Positions 36,372-59,150 of a stretch of 64,000 bases of DNA are shown here, piece after piece. The notes below the pieces were generated by a model. It did no database searches, was not told the origin of the DNA, and was given only the letters and a program-made list of their open reading frames with translations. Numbering within the stretch: the stretch's first letter is position 1; each line of letters begins with the position of its first letter. The DNA is taken from NCBI RefSeq assembly GCF_009914755.1, contig NC_060933.1, one strand, 5' to 3'. This stretch comes from the human T2T-CHM13v2.0 reference genome, Homo sapiens. Position numbers and translations under genes: made by a program.

Positions 36372-37390
36372 CACAAATGGGGCAACTTTTCCAAAAGCTG
36401 CAACTTCTAGATCAGGAATATACTGTTCTTTGTAAAAGGCAACAGTTTTTTCTTTGCCAGGGGGATTCAGTAATGTGATTCTACCTACATTGTTTCAAGA
36501 AATGTTACAAGAAAAATCTAAGCAACACTCTCGAATTTTGGGGACTTATCAGTTATTCCTGCTGATGTGTAGCCAAGGACCCTGAAAAAGATTTTTAACT
36601 TGCCAACTAACAAGACATCACTTACACAGTAAAACATTTCAAAGTTAGATTTTAAAAAATACTTTGTAAGCACTTACAGTTCAAACAAGCAACATGTTAT
36701 TCCAGTTACACATTTTTACAACAATGCATACAGTGAGTCAGCTCAGAGCCTCATTCACAAAATAATTTACCTTCTTATTCCTTTAGGATAAATTTTACCT
36801 AAACCTCTGTTAGACATATTTTTAACAGAAACACAGACCAAGCACTTCATACAGGCACTTCAGGTGCTACTCAGTAGCTGCTAGAACATCCTTTCTATTT
36901 AGCTAGAAGCTAAGGGGTTGTTGGGAGAAGGGGCATGGCGGGAGGCAGATAGAAAGAGGAAGCAGCTCCTACCTGTCAACAAAGCATTGTATTTACTTTT
37001 GGTTTTAAGTGACCATTTTCTAGGTCTCACCAAATGCACTTTTTAATGACAATATTTTAAATTACAAATATGCAATATTCTGCTTAGACCTTAAGAGGCT
37101 TTATGAAAACGAAAGCATAACCTTGTTTTCATGGTAAAGGGGATTTTGAATTTTTTTTAAAGCTAAAATAAGTTGAGATACACACGTAGAGACACATGCA
37201 CACATATATCCAGATTAATGAAGAAATCATATTGTGAAGTCTCTAACATCAGAGGTCTATTTTTAGTGCTAAGGTTAAACAAATAATCAGTAGTTTTCAT
37301 CTTATTTTAGTTCTGAAATGTATATGCTCTTTTAACCATGAGTACCTTGAAGATCAAAGCGTTACCTAGCATGAAGGGGAACTTTGCTCA

Positions 37391-41370
<3,980 letters not shown>

Positions 41371-42295
41371 GAAATACTTAACACACTTAAATGTAAGGCA
41401 CAAGTTGGTAGCTGGTTTCAATCCCATCTCCAGCTGCCTGACTCCAAACATGTATCAACAGACAGCATATGCTATCAGATCCCAGGGAGTCTTCTAATAT
41501 TCTCTAGCTTGACCCACACAGGCCCTAAATGGGTAGAATAGGATTTGCCTGACCCTTAGGAGAGAGCATATGCAACCAGATTTCAGCAATTTTTATGTCA
41601 TCCCCTAATCTGTCTCATGCAATCCCATCTAATACTAAATCTTGGAGAGTCTTATCTCTCCTAAACTGCTCCATTTCATCCTTTGTTTGGAGAGCTTGTA
41701 TCACCCTCCCCTTTTATCCCACCATGTAGGTGAGAACCTGTGCAGGGAATCTATCTTATCCCTAACCTTGTCCACATGGCCCCATATCTTCCAGAGGAAC
41801 ATTGAAGCTGTATTGGCCCATGTAGGGTGGAGTCAGGCACACACAGCAGGCAAGGCCAACAACGAAGTCATTTGGTCTAGAAAGACACACCAAGTTGCTT
41901 ATAGATTCAAGGAGTTTATTACAGAGACAATGAAAGGAAGAGTAGCCAAAGGTGACAGCTCCCAGCCCTTGTGCCACATGCCTAAAAGGGCACCACTAAT
42001 GTAAAAAGGGTCAGATAACTGCAACATAACTCGTGGGAGACCACATTCCTGAGGAACAAATTCTAGATGACAGTAAAGGGCATTATGGTCTGTAGCTAAA
42101 CCCTAGGTAGGAGTAGAGCAGAAAGCATCATTCCACATACCAGCAGGTAATAAGCAACTGTCTTATAACAACCTCCTAAGAGGGATAGGGAGGCAAATGG
42201 GTGATGGTATTGAGGCAGCTTCTCCCAAGCCTTTTTCTTATGTTCCAGGAGAATTGCAAGCTGCTATGGCAAGACTCAGATTAGAGGCAGTTCCA

Positions 42296-42480
42296 TTTTT
42301 TTTTTTTTTTTTTTGAGACGGAGTTTCGCTCTGTCATTCAGGCTGGAGTGCAGTCCAAAGTGCTGGGATTACAGGTTTCACTGTGTTGGCCAGGATGGTC
42401 TCGATCTCCTGACCTCATGATCTGCCTGCCTCGGCCTCCCAAAGTGCTGGGATTACAGGTGTGAGCCACCGTGCCTGGCC
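42296..42480 (-). mobile_element. Internally rearranged Alu
   Basis: Central part replaced by a 22-nt copy of its own left arm. Confidence 0.85.
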
Positions 42481-42527
42481 AGCAGTTCAAATCTTTGTTG
42501 CTTGTCCTATAGGGATACATACAGAAA

Positions 42528-42820
42528 GGCCACCATGTGGCTTACGCCTGTAATCCCAGCACTTTGGGAGGCCGAGGTGGGCGGATCGCGAGGTCGGGAG
42601 ATGGACACCATCCTGGCTAACATGGCGAAACCTCGTCTCTACTAAAAATACAAAAATTAGCTGGGCGTGGTGGAGGGTGCCTGTAGTCCCAGCTATTCGG
42701 GAGACTGAGGCAGGAGAATTGCTTGAACCTGGGAGGTGGAGGGTGGAGGTTGCAGTGAGCCAAGATCGCGCCACTTTACTCCAGCCTGGTGACAGAGTGA
42801 GACTGTAAAAAAAAAAAAAA
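42528..42820 (+). mobile_element. AluSc-like
   Basis: Full Alu, inverted relative to the 42296-42480 Alu. Confidence 0.92.
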
Positions 42821-43466
42821 CAGCCACCCCATGATGGGGCTCTTCCCTTACACATTTCTGTTTATTTTTGCTATCAATTGTTGACAAAAGAGTGTTGAAA
42901 TCTCTACCCTTTAATTGTGGGTTTGGCTATTTTTTCTTTTTGCACTACAGATTTGCTTAAGGCATTTTAAAGTTCTGTAATTTGGTGCATAAATATTTAG
43001 GATTTCGATGTACTCTTTCTGAATTGTCCCCTTTATTGTTAAGCAGTGTTCTCTTCATGCCTGGTAATATTGCTTTATCTGAACTTTATTTTATTTGATA
43101 TTGAAGTAGCGACTCCAACTTTATTATGTTTAGTATTTTCATGTTGTAACTTTTTGCATTCTTTTACTTCTAACGTATTTCTGTCAAAATAGTATAGTTT
43201 CTTTTAGATAGTATATTGTTTGAACTTTTATTAAAGTTTAATGGACTCACTAAAGTTTAATGTCATTTAGGCTTATGATTCAGGGGCATCTACAGTGATT
43301 GATCCCATTTAGGTAATGGAAAGAATAGTTTTGTTGTCAGTTTTGCTCAAAAGAAGTTAATATGAGGATTTCATTTGACCAAATCTAAAATTGTCTTTTC
43401 TTCTACCTTCAGAAGCATTAAAATCCATGTGGCTGGCCCACATTCTAAATTATTTTTCATTTAAAT

Positions 43467-43824
43467 TGTACTGCACTACAAAACCAGAAGTGATCTTCAG
43501 GTAAGTTGGAGCAAAGAGAACCTCCATTGTTCCTTTTTTTTTTTTTGACAGTCTCGCTCTGTCGCCCAGGCTGAAGTGCAATGGCACAATTCTGGCTCAC
43601 TGCAACCTCCACCTCCCTGGGCTAAAGAGATCCTTCTGCCTCAGCCTCCTGAGTAGCTGGGACCACAGGCATGCACCACCATGCCTGGCTAATTTTTGTA
43701 TTTTTTGGTAGAGATGGGGTTTTGCCATGATGGCCAGGCTTGTCTCGAGCTCCTGACCTCAGGTGATCCACCGCCCTCTGCCTCCATTGTTATTAGAGGA
43801 AGTGTGTGAACAGAAAGGCCCCAG
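43467..43824 (+). pseudogene. KRAB-B exon relic split by a 5'-truncated Alu (43533-~43785, -)
   Basis: YCTTKPEVIF(+4 nt)KLEQREPP|LLLEEVCEQKGP; TSD cctccattgtt at 43521-43531 and 43781-43791; flanks resemble KRAB-ZNF introns. Confidence 0.82.
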
Positions 43825-44133
43825 GCGTCATTGATTACCGTCAAAAAGTATCCAGGAGGAAATCCTAGATAATCAGAAGTGGGCACTTGAAAACATTTCT
43901 CTCAAGACTCTGCTTTTACAGAACTTTACTTTGGGAAGTTTAGAAATGATGTATCTAATGTGGGAGAGTAAGGTGGAAAGTAAGGTACAGAATGTAACTA
44001 GGCACCGGCAATATTACTTAAAGCTGACAAACTAATTAGTAAAATTATAATTAACATTACAAATATAAAAACTTAGAAATAAAGGAAACTAAAATTGTAG
44101 GTTGAAGAATGAGTTGAAAGATAAACATACTGA

Positions 44134-44480
<347 letters not shown>

Positions 44481-44739
44481 TTAAACAAACATTGTCCTGT
44501 TAAAATTGCTCCAAATAATGGGAGTGTTCTATACTTGGATTTTCAACACAATAGTTAATTGACACAAGTAGCTATTGGGCACATTAAATGTGGCTAAAGT
44601 GACTGAGGAACTGATTTGTTGTTATATTAAATAATAAAGGCAAATAGTTACATGTGGTTCATGACTCTCATCAGGCCACAGAGCTCTAACTAAATAGATA
44701 ATTATGGAAATTATGTAAGATTCTAGTCAAGAATTATAA

Positions 44740-44900
44740 AGGGCATGACATTTTACCCTATCTGCAAGCTAACATGTTAGCTTGCCAAGTTTCATGGATT
44801 CTGGCAGGAGATACAAGACTTCTGGGTCAAAGACAAAGGATTTTATTGCTCACGGCCACAATCATATCCAGGGCACCAGCATTTTTTTTGTGTTGTGATG
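44740..44900 (-). mobile_element. LTR40-like fragment
   Basis: ttttaccctatctgcaagctaacatgttagc motif. Confidence 0.55.
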
Positions 44901-46161
44901 GCATGCAGGGTACACGTATGACAAGCTTTCAGTATAAAATTATTTTTGGAAACAAAACATTTAAAAGGGATTAACAGCTTGTCTAGACTAAAGCAGACCA
45001 CACTATGGATTTGTAGAGTGGTAGTGTGAACACCAAATGTCCATGCAATTGAGGTAAAACTTTTGTTTTAAGAATGTTGTCTCTTAATTCTTTTATCTAC
45101 TAGTATCTTAAGCAGTGATTTCGGGGCCATATTAGGTTTTACAGGACTGGCCTAACATTGTTGCCTGGAATGTGGGTAGCAGCAGGATGGTAACAGTAGA
45201 GTACACACAAGAATTTTTGTAAGAAATCAAAACTAAAAACTCTAAGGAGTATGTCTAAGCCTCTTTGAATCAATAGAAACTAAATATCTTGAAAAGTAGG
45301 TGGAAAATGAGTTGAAGATGCATCAGGGAAATGACTGTTTTGGCAAAAATAAGTGAACAGATGGGAAAGAGGAAAATTGTAATTTGGTGGTGAGGATGAT
45401 CACTGTTGAACAACACTGATATCATAAATAGACAACGGAGCCAAGATAGAGTGATGAACCCAATCCAGAGAAGTGGAAAATGACTTTTACTCCCACCAGT
45501 TTCATACTTCTGCTTGTGCATTTATGTCTGTGATGTGATAGGGATATTACAGCTTGGGTTATAAGTCTGTTCTTTAAATATAGGTAACTTTTGACATCCT
45601 AAATTTATTTTCATGATGAGTGGAATGGAAAAGAGAGAAGTCCAACCGGAAGTATATGGACTAATGAGTATCCTACCAATGTAATTTATACTTGACAGTT
45701 GGAGAATCTGGACCCTGTTATCCCTCTCTAATCTAAACCCTGTCTCTGATAAAGTCCTGACAATTTTTGTGCACTGATTTTTCTTTTTATTCTACTTACT
45801 CTTCACATGTCTTGTTTAGTTCACTATGTTATCTGATTTTCCATTCCTAGAATTAATCTTAAAGACTATTGTTCTCTATTCACTATTTCTTCCCTTTATT
45901 TCTCTTTCCACTGAGTTTTGAAAAATCACATTTTAAAATGCCAAAATACCTGTGTACATTCAATGCCAGTTTCCCAAAGAGAATTTTTCTGAACATATTT
46001 CTTTTCCAAATGAAGAAAATATAGAAAATATACACTTGGAATCACTTTATTCTGTGGATAATATGCCAGAAACCAAAATATCTAATCTGTAATAAGGCTT
46101 GTGTATATAAGTTTTATTTTATAAGAAAGGATTAAGAGACCTTATTTTTTATCATTTTTAG

Positions 46162-46489
46162 AGGACCATCAACTTGATAACATCTTAGAAAAGAGTAAAG
46201 AATTAAAAAAACCATTTATTTCAGTTTTATTCACAACTTTGGGGAGTATACTTGCTCCGTAAAGAGCAAAAGTATGTTTCTAGGAAACTATGAGATCCGG
46301 GCATAAATATATTTTCTTCAAGAAAACTGCCCTGTAAGTATGCACTGCAGGCCCTCATAACCTGAGTATGAATTCACTGGCCTTGTGTTATCAATATTTA
46401 AGAAAAAGAGATGGCTCTCCAATATTAGACATCAGAGAACAAACACTGGAAAGATATCCTGTAAGAATTGTCAAAACTTGAAAGCTCTT
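46162..46489 (+). pseudogene. Start of a KRAB-ZNF final (linker) exon, ZNF782-like, truncated by L1; no zinc fingers seen
   Basis: Acceptor atcatttttag; EDHQLDNILEKSKE..SVLFT...GINIFSSRKLPCK...NSLALCYQYLRK..WLSNIRHQRTNTG. Confidence 0.8.
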
Positions 46490-46496
46490 AGAGCTG

Positions 46497-49035
46497 TTGA
46501 GTGATGCCAGGGAAAATGGTAAGGTAGAAAGCATCAGGGCTCATCCTCCACAGAAACACACACACAAAAACAGAGCAAAATCTGTCAGAATCAACTTTCT
46601 CAGAACTCTGAAAAATAGTCACAGTTTACAGCAACTGAGCAAATGCTACGCCAAAACAGAGGCAACTGAAACGTGTTTAAGGAAATCTCTGTCAAGCCAC
46701 TAGCTGACCACAAGATAAAGGAACAAAAACTTCAGAGGCTATCTTAGTCCATTTGGGCTTCTGTAACAAAATACAATAAACTGGGTAGTTAATAAACAGC
46801 AGAAATTTATTTCTTACAGTTCTGGAGGTTAGAAAGTCCAAGATCAAGGTGCCAGCCTGCCCTTTCATAGACAGTGCCTTCTCACCGTGTCCCTACATGA
46901 TGGAAGGGGCTACTCAACTCTCTGAAGTTTCTTTTATAAGGACATTAATCCCAATCACGAAGTATCAGCTCTCAAGATCTAATCATTTCCCAAGGCCTCA
47001 CCTCTTCACACCATTACCTTGGCGGTTAGGATTCCAACATAGGAATTTTGAGGGAAGACATATACCATAGCAGGTGCCATGAAAAACAAAGAATACAGTC
47101 TTTAAAAAACTGGTTTATAAAAGTCAGTATACAAATAAGCAACTACAAACCATGGTGAACAACAGTAACAGAACTTTAAAAGAGAAAAACATATTTTCAG
47201 AGTGACCACATTATAACATTTAAAATGTCCAGTTTTCAACAAAATATTCTAAGTCATGCAAAGACATAAGAAAAAAATGGCTAATTTACTGGAAAAGAGA
47301 AAAGAGAAAGTATCCTTGAGCAAGAACAGACATTGAACTTTATAGACAAATCTTTAAATCAAATGTCCTATAGATGCTCAAAGATCTTAAAGGAAACCAT
47401 GGAAAAGTAACAAAAGGAAAGCAGAATGCAATGTATAAAAACTAGAAAATATCATCAGGGAAGTGGAAACATAAAAGGAACAAAATAAAAATTTAGGAAA
47501 TGAAATGTACAATATGCAAGATGAAAAGGTCACCAGAGGCTTTCAACAATACATTTGAGCAGGCAGAAGGTAGAATTAACAATCTTGAAGATAAGTCATT
47601 TGAAATTCTTCAGTTGGAGAAACAGAAAGAAAAAAGAATAAACAATAATGAACAGAGCTTGAGAGACCTGTGAGGCATCATCAGACATACTAATGTATGC
47701 ATACTGAGAAAAAAAGGAGGGAAAGAAAATGACTGAAACTTTCCAAACTTGATTTTTTAAAATGAATCTACCTATCCTAGAAGCAGCAAAATGGTGCTGG
47801 AAAAGTAGATATCTATATGCAAATGAATGAGCTGACCCTTACCTTACACCATATACAAAAATTAACTCAAAATGGATCAGAGACCTAAACGTTAAGTGCT
47901 AAAACTCTGCAACTTTAGAACACAATGGAGGAAACTCTTCACAACACTGGATTTGGCAATGGTTTTCTAGATCTGACATAAAATGTACAGGCAGCAAAAG
48001 AAAAATAGATACATTGGAATTTATCAAAATTAGTAACTTTTGTGCATCAAAACAGTCTCAGTAGAGTGAAAAGGTAATACACAGACTGGGAGAAAATGTT
48101 TGCTAATCACATATCTGATAAGGGATTAATATCTAGAATATATAAATAATTCCTACAATGTGACAACAAAAAGAAACAATCTAGCTTGAAGATGTGCAAA
48201 GGACATGAATAGAGACATTTCCCCAAAGAAGATATACAAATGGCTTACAGACACATGAAAAGATAGCCAACATCACCAGTCATGAGGGAAATACAAATCA
48301 AAATTGCGAGATACGACTTCACACTGATTAGAATGGTTATTATTTAAAAAAAAAAAAACAAGTGTTGGTCAGGATGAAGAAAAATTTGAATGCTTGCACA
48401 TTGCTGGAATGCTATAGCTGCTGTGGGAAACAGCGTAGCAGCTTCTCAAAAATTAAACAGAGAATTACCATATGACCCAGAAATGGCACTTGTGGGAATA
48501 TATCTAAAGAAATTGAAAGCAGGGACTTGAACAGATATTTATATTCTCGTGTTCCTAACAGCATTATTCACAACAGCTAGCACGTGGAAGTAACCCAAGT
48601 GTCCATTAATGGATGAATAGATAAATGAAATATGGTATATACATGCAATGGTGCATATTCAGCCTTAAAATAGAATGAAATTCTGATAGTTGCTATAACA
48701 TGAGTGAACTCTGAAGACATTATGCTAAGGGAATGAAATAATCCAGTCATAAAGGACAGATATTGTATGATTTCACTTATATGGGGTATCTAAAGTAATC
48801 ACACCCATAGATACAGAAATTAGGTGGTTGTCAGGGGGTGGGGGGGGAAGGAAGAGGAAGTTATGGTTTTTAATGGGTACAGATTTTCAATTAGGGATGA
48901 TGAAAAAATTTTGGAGATGGATGGTGGGGATGGTTGCACATCCATGTGAATATTCTTAATTCCACTGAACTGTACACTTAAAAATGGTTAAAATGATAAA
49001 CTTTAGTTAATGATAAATTTTATGTTATTTTATCT
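46497..49035 (+). mobile_element. L1M/L1MB (5' and 3' portions) with MST/MLT1A-like LTR 46740-47072 (-)
   Basis: ORF1-like and 3'UTR motifs (aatgggtacagattttca...cacttaaaaatggttaaaatg). Confidence 0.8.
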
Positions 49036-49410
49036 CAAGAAATTCTTACTAAACTATCATGAATGGATTTAGCAGCCGCTGATGAATATTGCCTACAACC
49101 ATTATTTCAGGTTGCACGGTGGTGATAGTCTTTTAATCCTTGTGAAATTATTAACTCTATTTTTTCCTACAAAGAAGGCCTTTTCCTCTTTAACTCTGTT
49201 ACCCTAAAACAGTTTGTACTGCATCACTTTTAATAATAGTCATGATTTTTTAATGATAATCAGTTTCATGCAGTTTGAATGAGCGTCGGGTGATATGGCT
49301 TCAAATTCAGAATATTTAAGAATCTCTGCTATTTGAAAAATGTGTGTAATATTTGTGAACTGAGAAAAGAACCCAAAGTAGCTTCAGAATAACAAGAAAA
49401 TAGTTATTCT

Positions 49411-49722
<312 letters not shown>

Positions 49723-50699
49723 CTAGCCAGCCAGACTCGTAAGCAGCCATTCTGGTGGGTGTGTAAAGGGATAGTCATTCTTATTCTCTCTCAGTCGCAC
49801 TCTCCATTGCTCTGATTACTCTTGTCTTGGTCTAGTTGGCCTGGGAGTGACGGACATTTTCACAAATTAACTTCTTGATTTGAATAAGAAATAATTACTT
49901 TAAAAAAAGGAAAGGACCCATATCACTTTGCCTTCTTCATCACTGAGGTTTGCTTGACAGTCTAGCTCAGACAAAAGAGAAGGTGTTTGCTAGCCTGGCT
50001 TGTGGTAGGCACTTCTCAGAGTAAAGCCAAAGGAACATTCTTAATGGCTTCAAGTTTCTGCACTTGACTTTTATGTCTTCCTCAAATGGGATAAAATCTT
50101 TCCCATAGTGAGCGCTGGTTTTCCTAAGTGGGGGCTTACCCTCCATTCTATTCTGCACATGATCTCTTCCCTCCCACCTTTTGAGCGTGAGTGTCAGTGT
50201 TACCTCTTCAGAGAAGCCCCTGCCAACTACGAGAATTCCTGTCCTTGTCTTCTGCTCTGTTGTCTCTCATCATAGTCCTTATCATCTCCACCTCTAGATG
50301 CTAAGCTAGGGGAAGGTAGGTAATGTCTTGTTAATTACCAGAAATCCACTGCCTGGTAGTATCTAGCAGATTTAGGTCCTTGTTCCTTTCTCAAGAAATA
50401 TTTGAGCACATATATGCTCAGTGAGACAAAGACAAGCTCCCTGTCCTCAGGAAGTTGCCATTTTGTTGTAGTCAACATACTTAGGATACTTTGTGTAGTG
50501 AGAGAACTATGAGAAAAAAGAAAGATAATAACAGAGGTGAGTAGTGCTACTATGGATGGTCACAGACTCAATTAGCTTAAATTCTTTGATAAGATACTTC
50601 ATGGAATAAAGTAGAAGCCTGGAAGCAAGTCTCACTGAACTTCACAAAGACCTGTTCTTACAGCATAAAGCAATGCAATTCAAAACACAATAAACAGAC

Positions 50700-55310
<4,611 letters not shown>

Positions 55311-55312
55311 AT

Positions 55313-55895
55313 ATCCCAGCACTTTGGGAGGCTGAGGTGGACAGATCGCTTGACCCCAGTAGTTTGAGACCAGCCTGGGCAACATAGTGAAACCCCATCT
55401 CTACAAAAAAAAAATACAAAAGGCCAGGCACAGTGGCCCACGTCTGTAATCCCAGCACTTTGGGAGGCCGAGGCAAGGTGGATTACGTGAGGTCAGGAGT
55501 TTGAGACCAGCTTGGCCAACATGGTGAAACCCTGTCTCTACTAAAAATGCAAAAAATTATCTGGGCGTGGTGGCACATGCCTGTAATCCCAGCTACTTGG
55601 GAGGCTGAGGCAGGAGAATCGTTTGAACCCAGGGGGCGGAGGTTGTGGTGAGCCGAGAATTGCACTGCAGCCTGGGCAACAAGAGTGAAAATCCGTCTCG
55701 AAAGAAAAAAAAAAAATTAGCCAGGCATGGTGGCCCACACCTGCAGTCTCAGCTACTCAGGAGGCTGAAGTGGGAGAGTAGCTTGAGCCCGGAGACGGAG
55801 GTTGCAGTGGGCCGAGACAGCGCCACTGCACTCCAGCCTGGGCGGCAGAGCAAAACCCATCTCAAAAAAATAAAATAAAATAAAATAAAATAAGA
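55313..55895 (+). mobile_element. Alu with a second Alu (55422-55715) nested in its linker; (TAAAA)n tail
   Basis: Left arm, then full Alu, then right arm. Confidence 0.9.
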
Positions 55896-56619
55896 AAAGT
55901 CTATTAATTAAAAAAAAAGTTATAGTACCTATCTATTCCTAATTCTTTAAACAGTCAGATGGGTATACACGTTTCAAAAAAGGTTTCCTCATGAAAATGC
56001 AAGGTTGGTGTAATAATCATTTTCATATTTTGGGTTGCATGTGTTTTCACGCATCACATATGTATTTTGAACAGCTAGCTTCCTCCTCCAACCCCCATAA
56101 ACCCTGCTGATCACAGATGTTACTCGTTTATGTTTTCTAGTATTTGTTCGATTTCACAACCTTATTCATAAAGCTATTTTTATGTACTTTTACTTCCCTT
56201 GGCAACTTTGAATTTAACGGCATACTTCCGAAGGGATAGTAAAGCCTCTCCACTCCCCCTGCACTGCACTGCCCCACACGTCTTTTACTGAGTATGAAAA
56301 AAAAAAAAATCAGACCCTCAGAATGGTAGAAAATAGTAAAATGAGCATCATAAGCACGTATTATACAGATTTAACAATTCTTCACTTATTACTATATCTG
56401 CTTTCATTGTTTTGAGAAATTTTTGAAGTATTTCAATTAAACTACAAGCATACAATTGTAAATGTTTCTGTACATATCTTTTAAATATAAGAACAATGTC
56501 CTACATCGTCTAGCTATTATTCTCAAAGTAACGGTAATTTTCTTTAATATTTCTAATGTCCTGTCGATAGTCATGTTTCCCCAATTGTTAATGTCTGTTT
56601 AAGGTGCTTTTTTCTCCAA

Positions 56620-57220
56620 CCAGGATCGCATCAAGAACCACGCTTCGCAGTTTGTGGTCATGCTGACAACCTCCGGGAATTTGGGAAATCCCTGGGCTCC
56701 GAAGGTCCCTCCCAGCCGGTCAAAGCAGCAGAAAAAATTATAGTACTTCCTTCGGACGCACGGGCTTACGGGAACTGTAGTTACTGTAGTTTTCAATGTT
56801 AACGCGCCTACCGCGCAGCACTTTGGGAATGGGGTTTCGGGGCTCGCTCTGCGCATGTGTAAACCCAGCCCCACCTCCTGCCGTCTGCCCTCCCGGGCCT
56901 GAAAGGGACACGGTGTCCGAGTCTTTAGGTCTGCGCGGGAGCCGAGGCTGCGCACCTGGGGTGAGAGCGTCGGTGACAGGGCTCCGCGCGGCCCAGGAAC
57001 CTGGGGACGGGCGGGCTTGTGTGCGGAGGACAGCAGCAGGCAGTCTCAGGAGTCCCCAGGATGGCCCTCCCCTCTCCTCCCCGGCCCAGTGCGCGGGCCC
57101 AGGCCGAGTCCTGTCCGCAGGTGTAGGGGCTGCCGGGCCCCGCGGGGTTGCGGGCCGGGAAGAGGAAATGTGCGTGGATGAGGTTGACGGCGAACAGGAG
57201 GAGGTTACTAGTAACTCGTG
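56620..57220 (+). promoter_or_regulatory. ZNF658: CpG-island promoter with ZNF143/THAP11-type motif (ACTACAGTTCCC on -, 56770-56781) and NRF1-like TGCGCATGTG (56850-56859)
   Basis: High GC and CpG density relative to flanks; motifs read directly. Confidence 0.85.
56850..56960 (+). other. ZNF658: Putative non-coding exon 1 (start approximate)
   Basis: Donor CTGGG|GTGAGA at 56961 inside the CpG island. Confidence 0.65.
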
Positions 57221-57729
57221 TTCCTATTCTGAAAATTAAATAAGTTGTCACCTGTAAAGCATTTTGTTAAGTGTCTGTAATAGTCACTATGTGAAATGTA
57301 AGCTGCTCTCACAATTATGAGACACTTATTCTCATCGTTTGGTATTTCACCTGACCCTCACAACGACCTCTTTGGTATAAACGTTCCATTTTAAAAAAAT
57401 GGACGAAAGTTCATGGGGATGGGTACCCCAGGGCACACACTAGTAGGTGAGATGCAAATGCTGAGAGATGTGACTCCCTGTCCTGCTCGTTCTAACATGC
57501 TGTCTGCCTGAAACCCAGACTTGCCAGTACCTGCCTAAAGCCTTCAGAGCGCTTATGCAGAGTGGCCTGTCACCAGATCTGTGTAGATGATTGTGAAGTA
57601 AATGTGGACAGAATCTCACCAAGTGGTAGATACATTCTGCGATTTGTCGGGTCTCTGATTCAGGCTGAGGCTCCTGAATCCTCTTGTACTGTTCCCGCTG
57701 TCTCCTCAAAGGCACAGATTGATATTCTG

Positions 57730-58230
57730 GTGCTGTGCTGTCCAATAGAAAGATAAGGCAAAACACAAATATAAATCAGAATTTTTAGCCAGGTGCGGTG
57801 GCTCATGCCTGTAATCCCAGCACTTTGGGAGGCCTAGGCCAGTGGATCACTTGAGGCCAGGAGTTCGAGACCAGCCTGGCCATCATGGCAAAAGCCCATC
57901 TCTACAAAAATAAAAAAATTAGCCGGGCGTGGTGGTGCACTCCTGTAATCCCAGCTACTTGGGAGGCTGAGGCAGGAGAATCGCTCGAACCCGAGGCGGA
58001 CGCTGCAGTGAGCCAAGATTGCACCACTGCACTCCAGCCTGAGTGACAGAGTGAGACTCTGTCTCAAAAAAGAAAAAAAAGTTTAGAATTTTTCAGTAGC
58101 TACAGTAAAAAGAAGAGGCAGGCAAAGTCAGTTTTACTGCTTTATTTTACTTAACTCATTGCTTCCTAAATATTCGACTTGTAGCACTGGCCAAACTTCA
58201 GGTGTTCAATGGTTCTATGTGGCTGATGGC
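57730..58230. mobile_element. MER3/MER33-like hAT element split by AluS 57787-58080 (+)
   Basis: ctgtgctgtccaataga ... ctggatagcac terminal similarity; Alu TSD agaattttt. Confidence 0.7.
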
Positions 58231-58526
58231 TGCAGTGCTGGATAGCACATTTCTAGTGAATCTCAAGAGTCAGGTTTAGGGTATTAGGTGAAGGTTTCAA
58301 TTGAGTTTGTTTCTCAGGCCTAAGTCCCAGCCCCTCTGGAGCAAAGCAGCTCCTATGAGGCAGTCAAGAGGGAGTCCTAGGGACTACTGCCATAGAAGAA
58401 CAGCCCATATGACGGAGACCTCTTCTAGAGCGTCAGAGCAGAGGCAGAAGACTCTAGAAAGGAGCAGGTCCTGATTGCTTCCCCAGAGGCAGTTGTTGAC
58501 TCCCTATATATGCATCAGATTTCGTG

Positions 58527-58589
58527 ATGTTGCCACATCCAGAAGCCATCACAGACCGTGTGACTTTGCTGTGGACTAACTTGCAGAAG
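58527..58589 (+). pseudogene. Dead ZNF510-type upstream coding exon (MLPHPEAITDRVTL...)
   Basis: Matches recalled ZNF510 N-terminus MSPHPEAITDCVTL; frameshift and stop; donor is GC (58590-58591). Confidence 0.7.
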
Positions 58590-58989
58590 GCAATTCCCAG
58601 GGGTTGAGAGGGATGAGTGACTATCAAGCTGGGTGGAAAAAGACACTTTACTGGAGGGCTGGTTAGGTCATGATATCCAGGGAAGATGTAATCAGCTGTC
58701 CAGATCCCAAACGGCAGCCTAGTTTCCTTTCTGCCTTCACTTCTTCCACATTGTGAGTCCCTCTCACACCGTGTTCATCACCACATGTGGCATTTAGAGT
58801 GCTACTAATGCTGCCTCTTTCCGGGTAGTAGAGGAAGAATTTCCTATATTGGAAGCCCAAAAATATTGGGCCTGAAATTCCTTGCATAAAACATCCCATC
58901 TTTATTTTTTCCGTGGAAGTGCTAATTCTGGGTGTAAAGGCAGTAAGAACTTGATTAAGTCAGCCTGAGTAGTTCTTTTTTAAAAAAAA

Positions 58990-59150
58990 TTATTTTTAAA
59001 TTTATTTATTTTTTATTTTTTTCTATTTTTAGTAGAGACAGGATTTCGCCATGTTGACCAGGCTGGTCTTGAACTCTTGGCCTCCAGCAGTTCACCCCCC
59101 TCGGCCTCCCAAACTGCTGGGATTACAGGCATGATCCACCATGCCCGGCT
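58990..59150 (-). mobile_element. Alu monomer (FLAM/left arm)
   Basis: Single reverse arm; TSD tgagtagttcttt. Confidence 0.85.

Noticed and set aside
56599-57251. Overlapping 108-147 aa ORFs in the CpG island
   Set aside because: Stop-poor GC-rich sequence with no recognisable domain; they cross the exon 1 donor.
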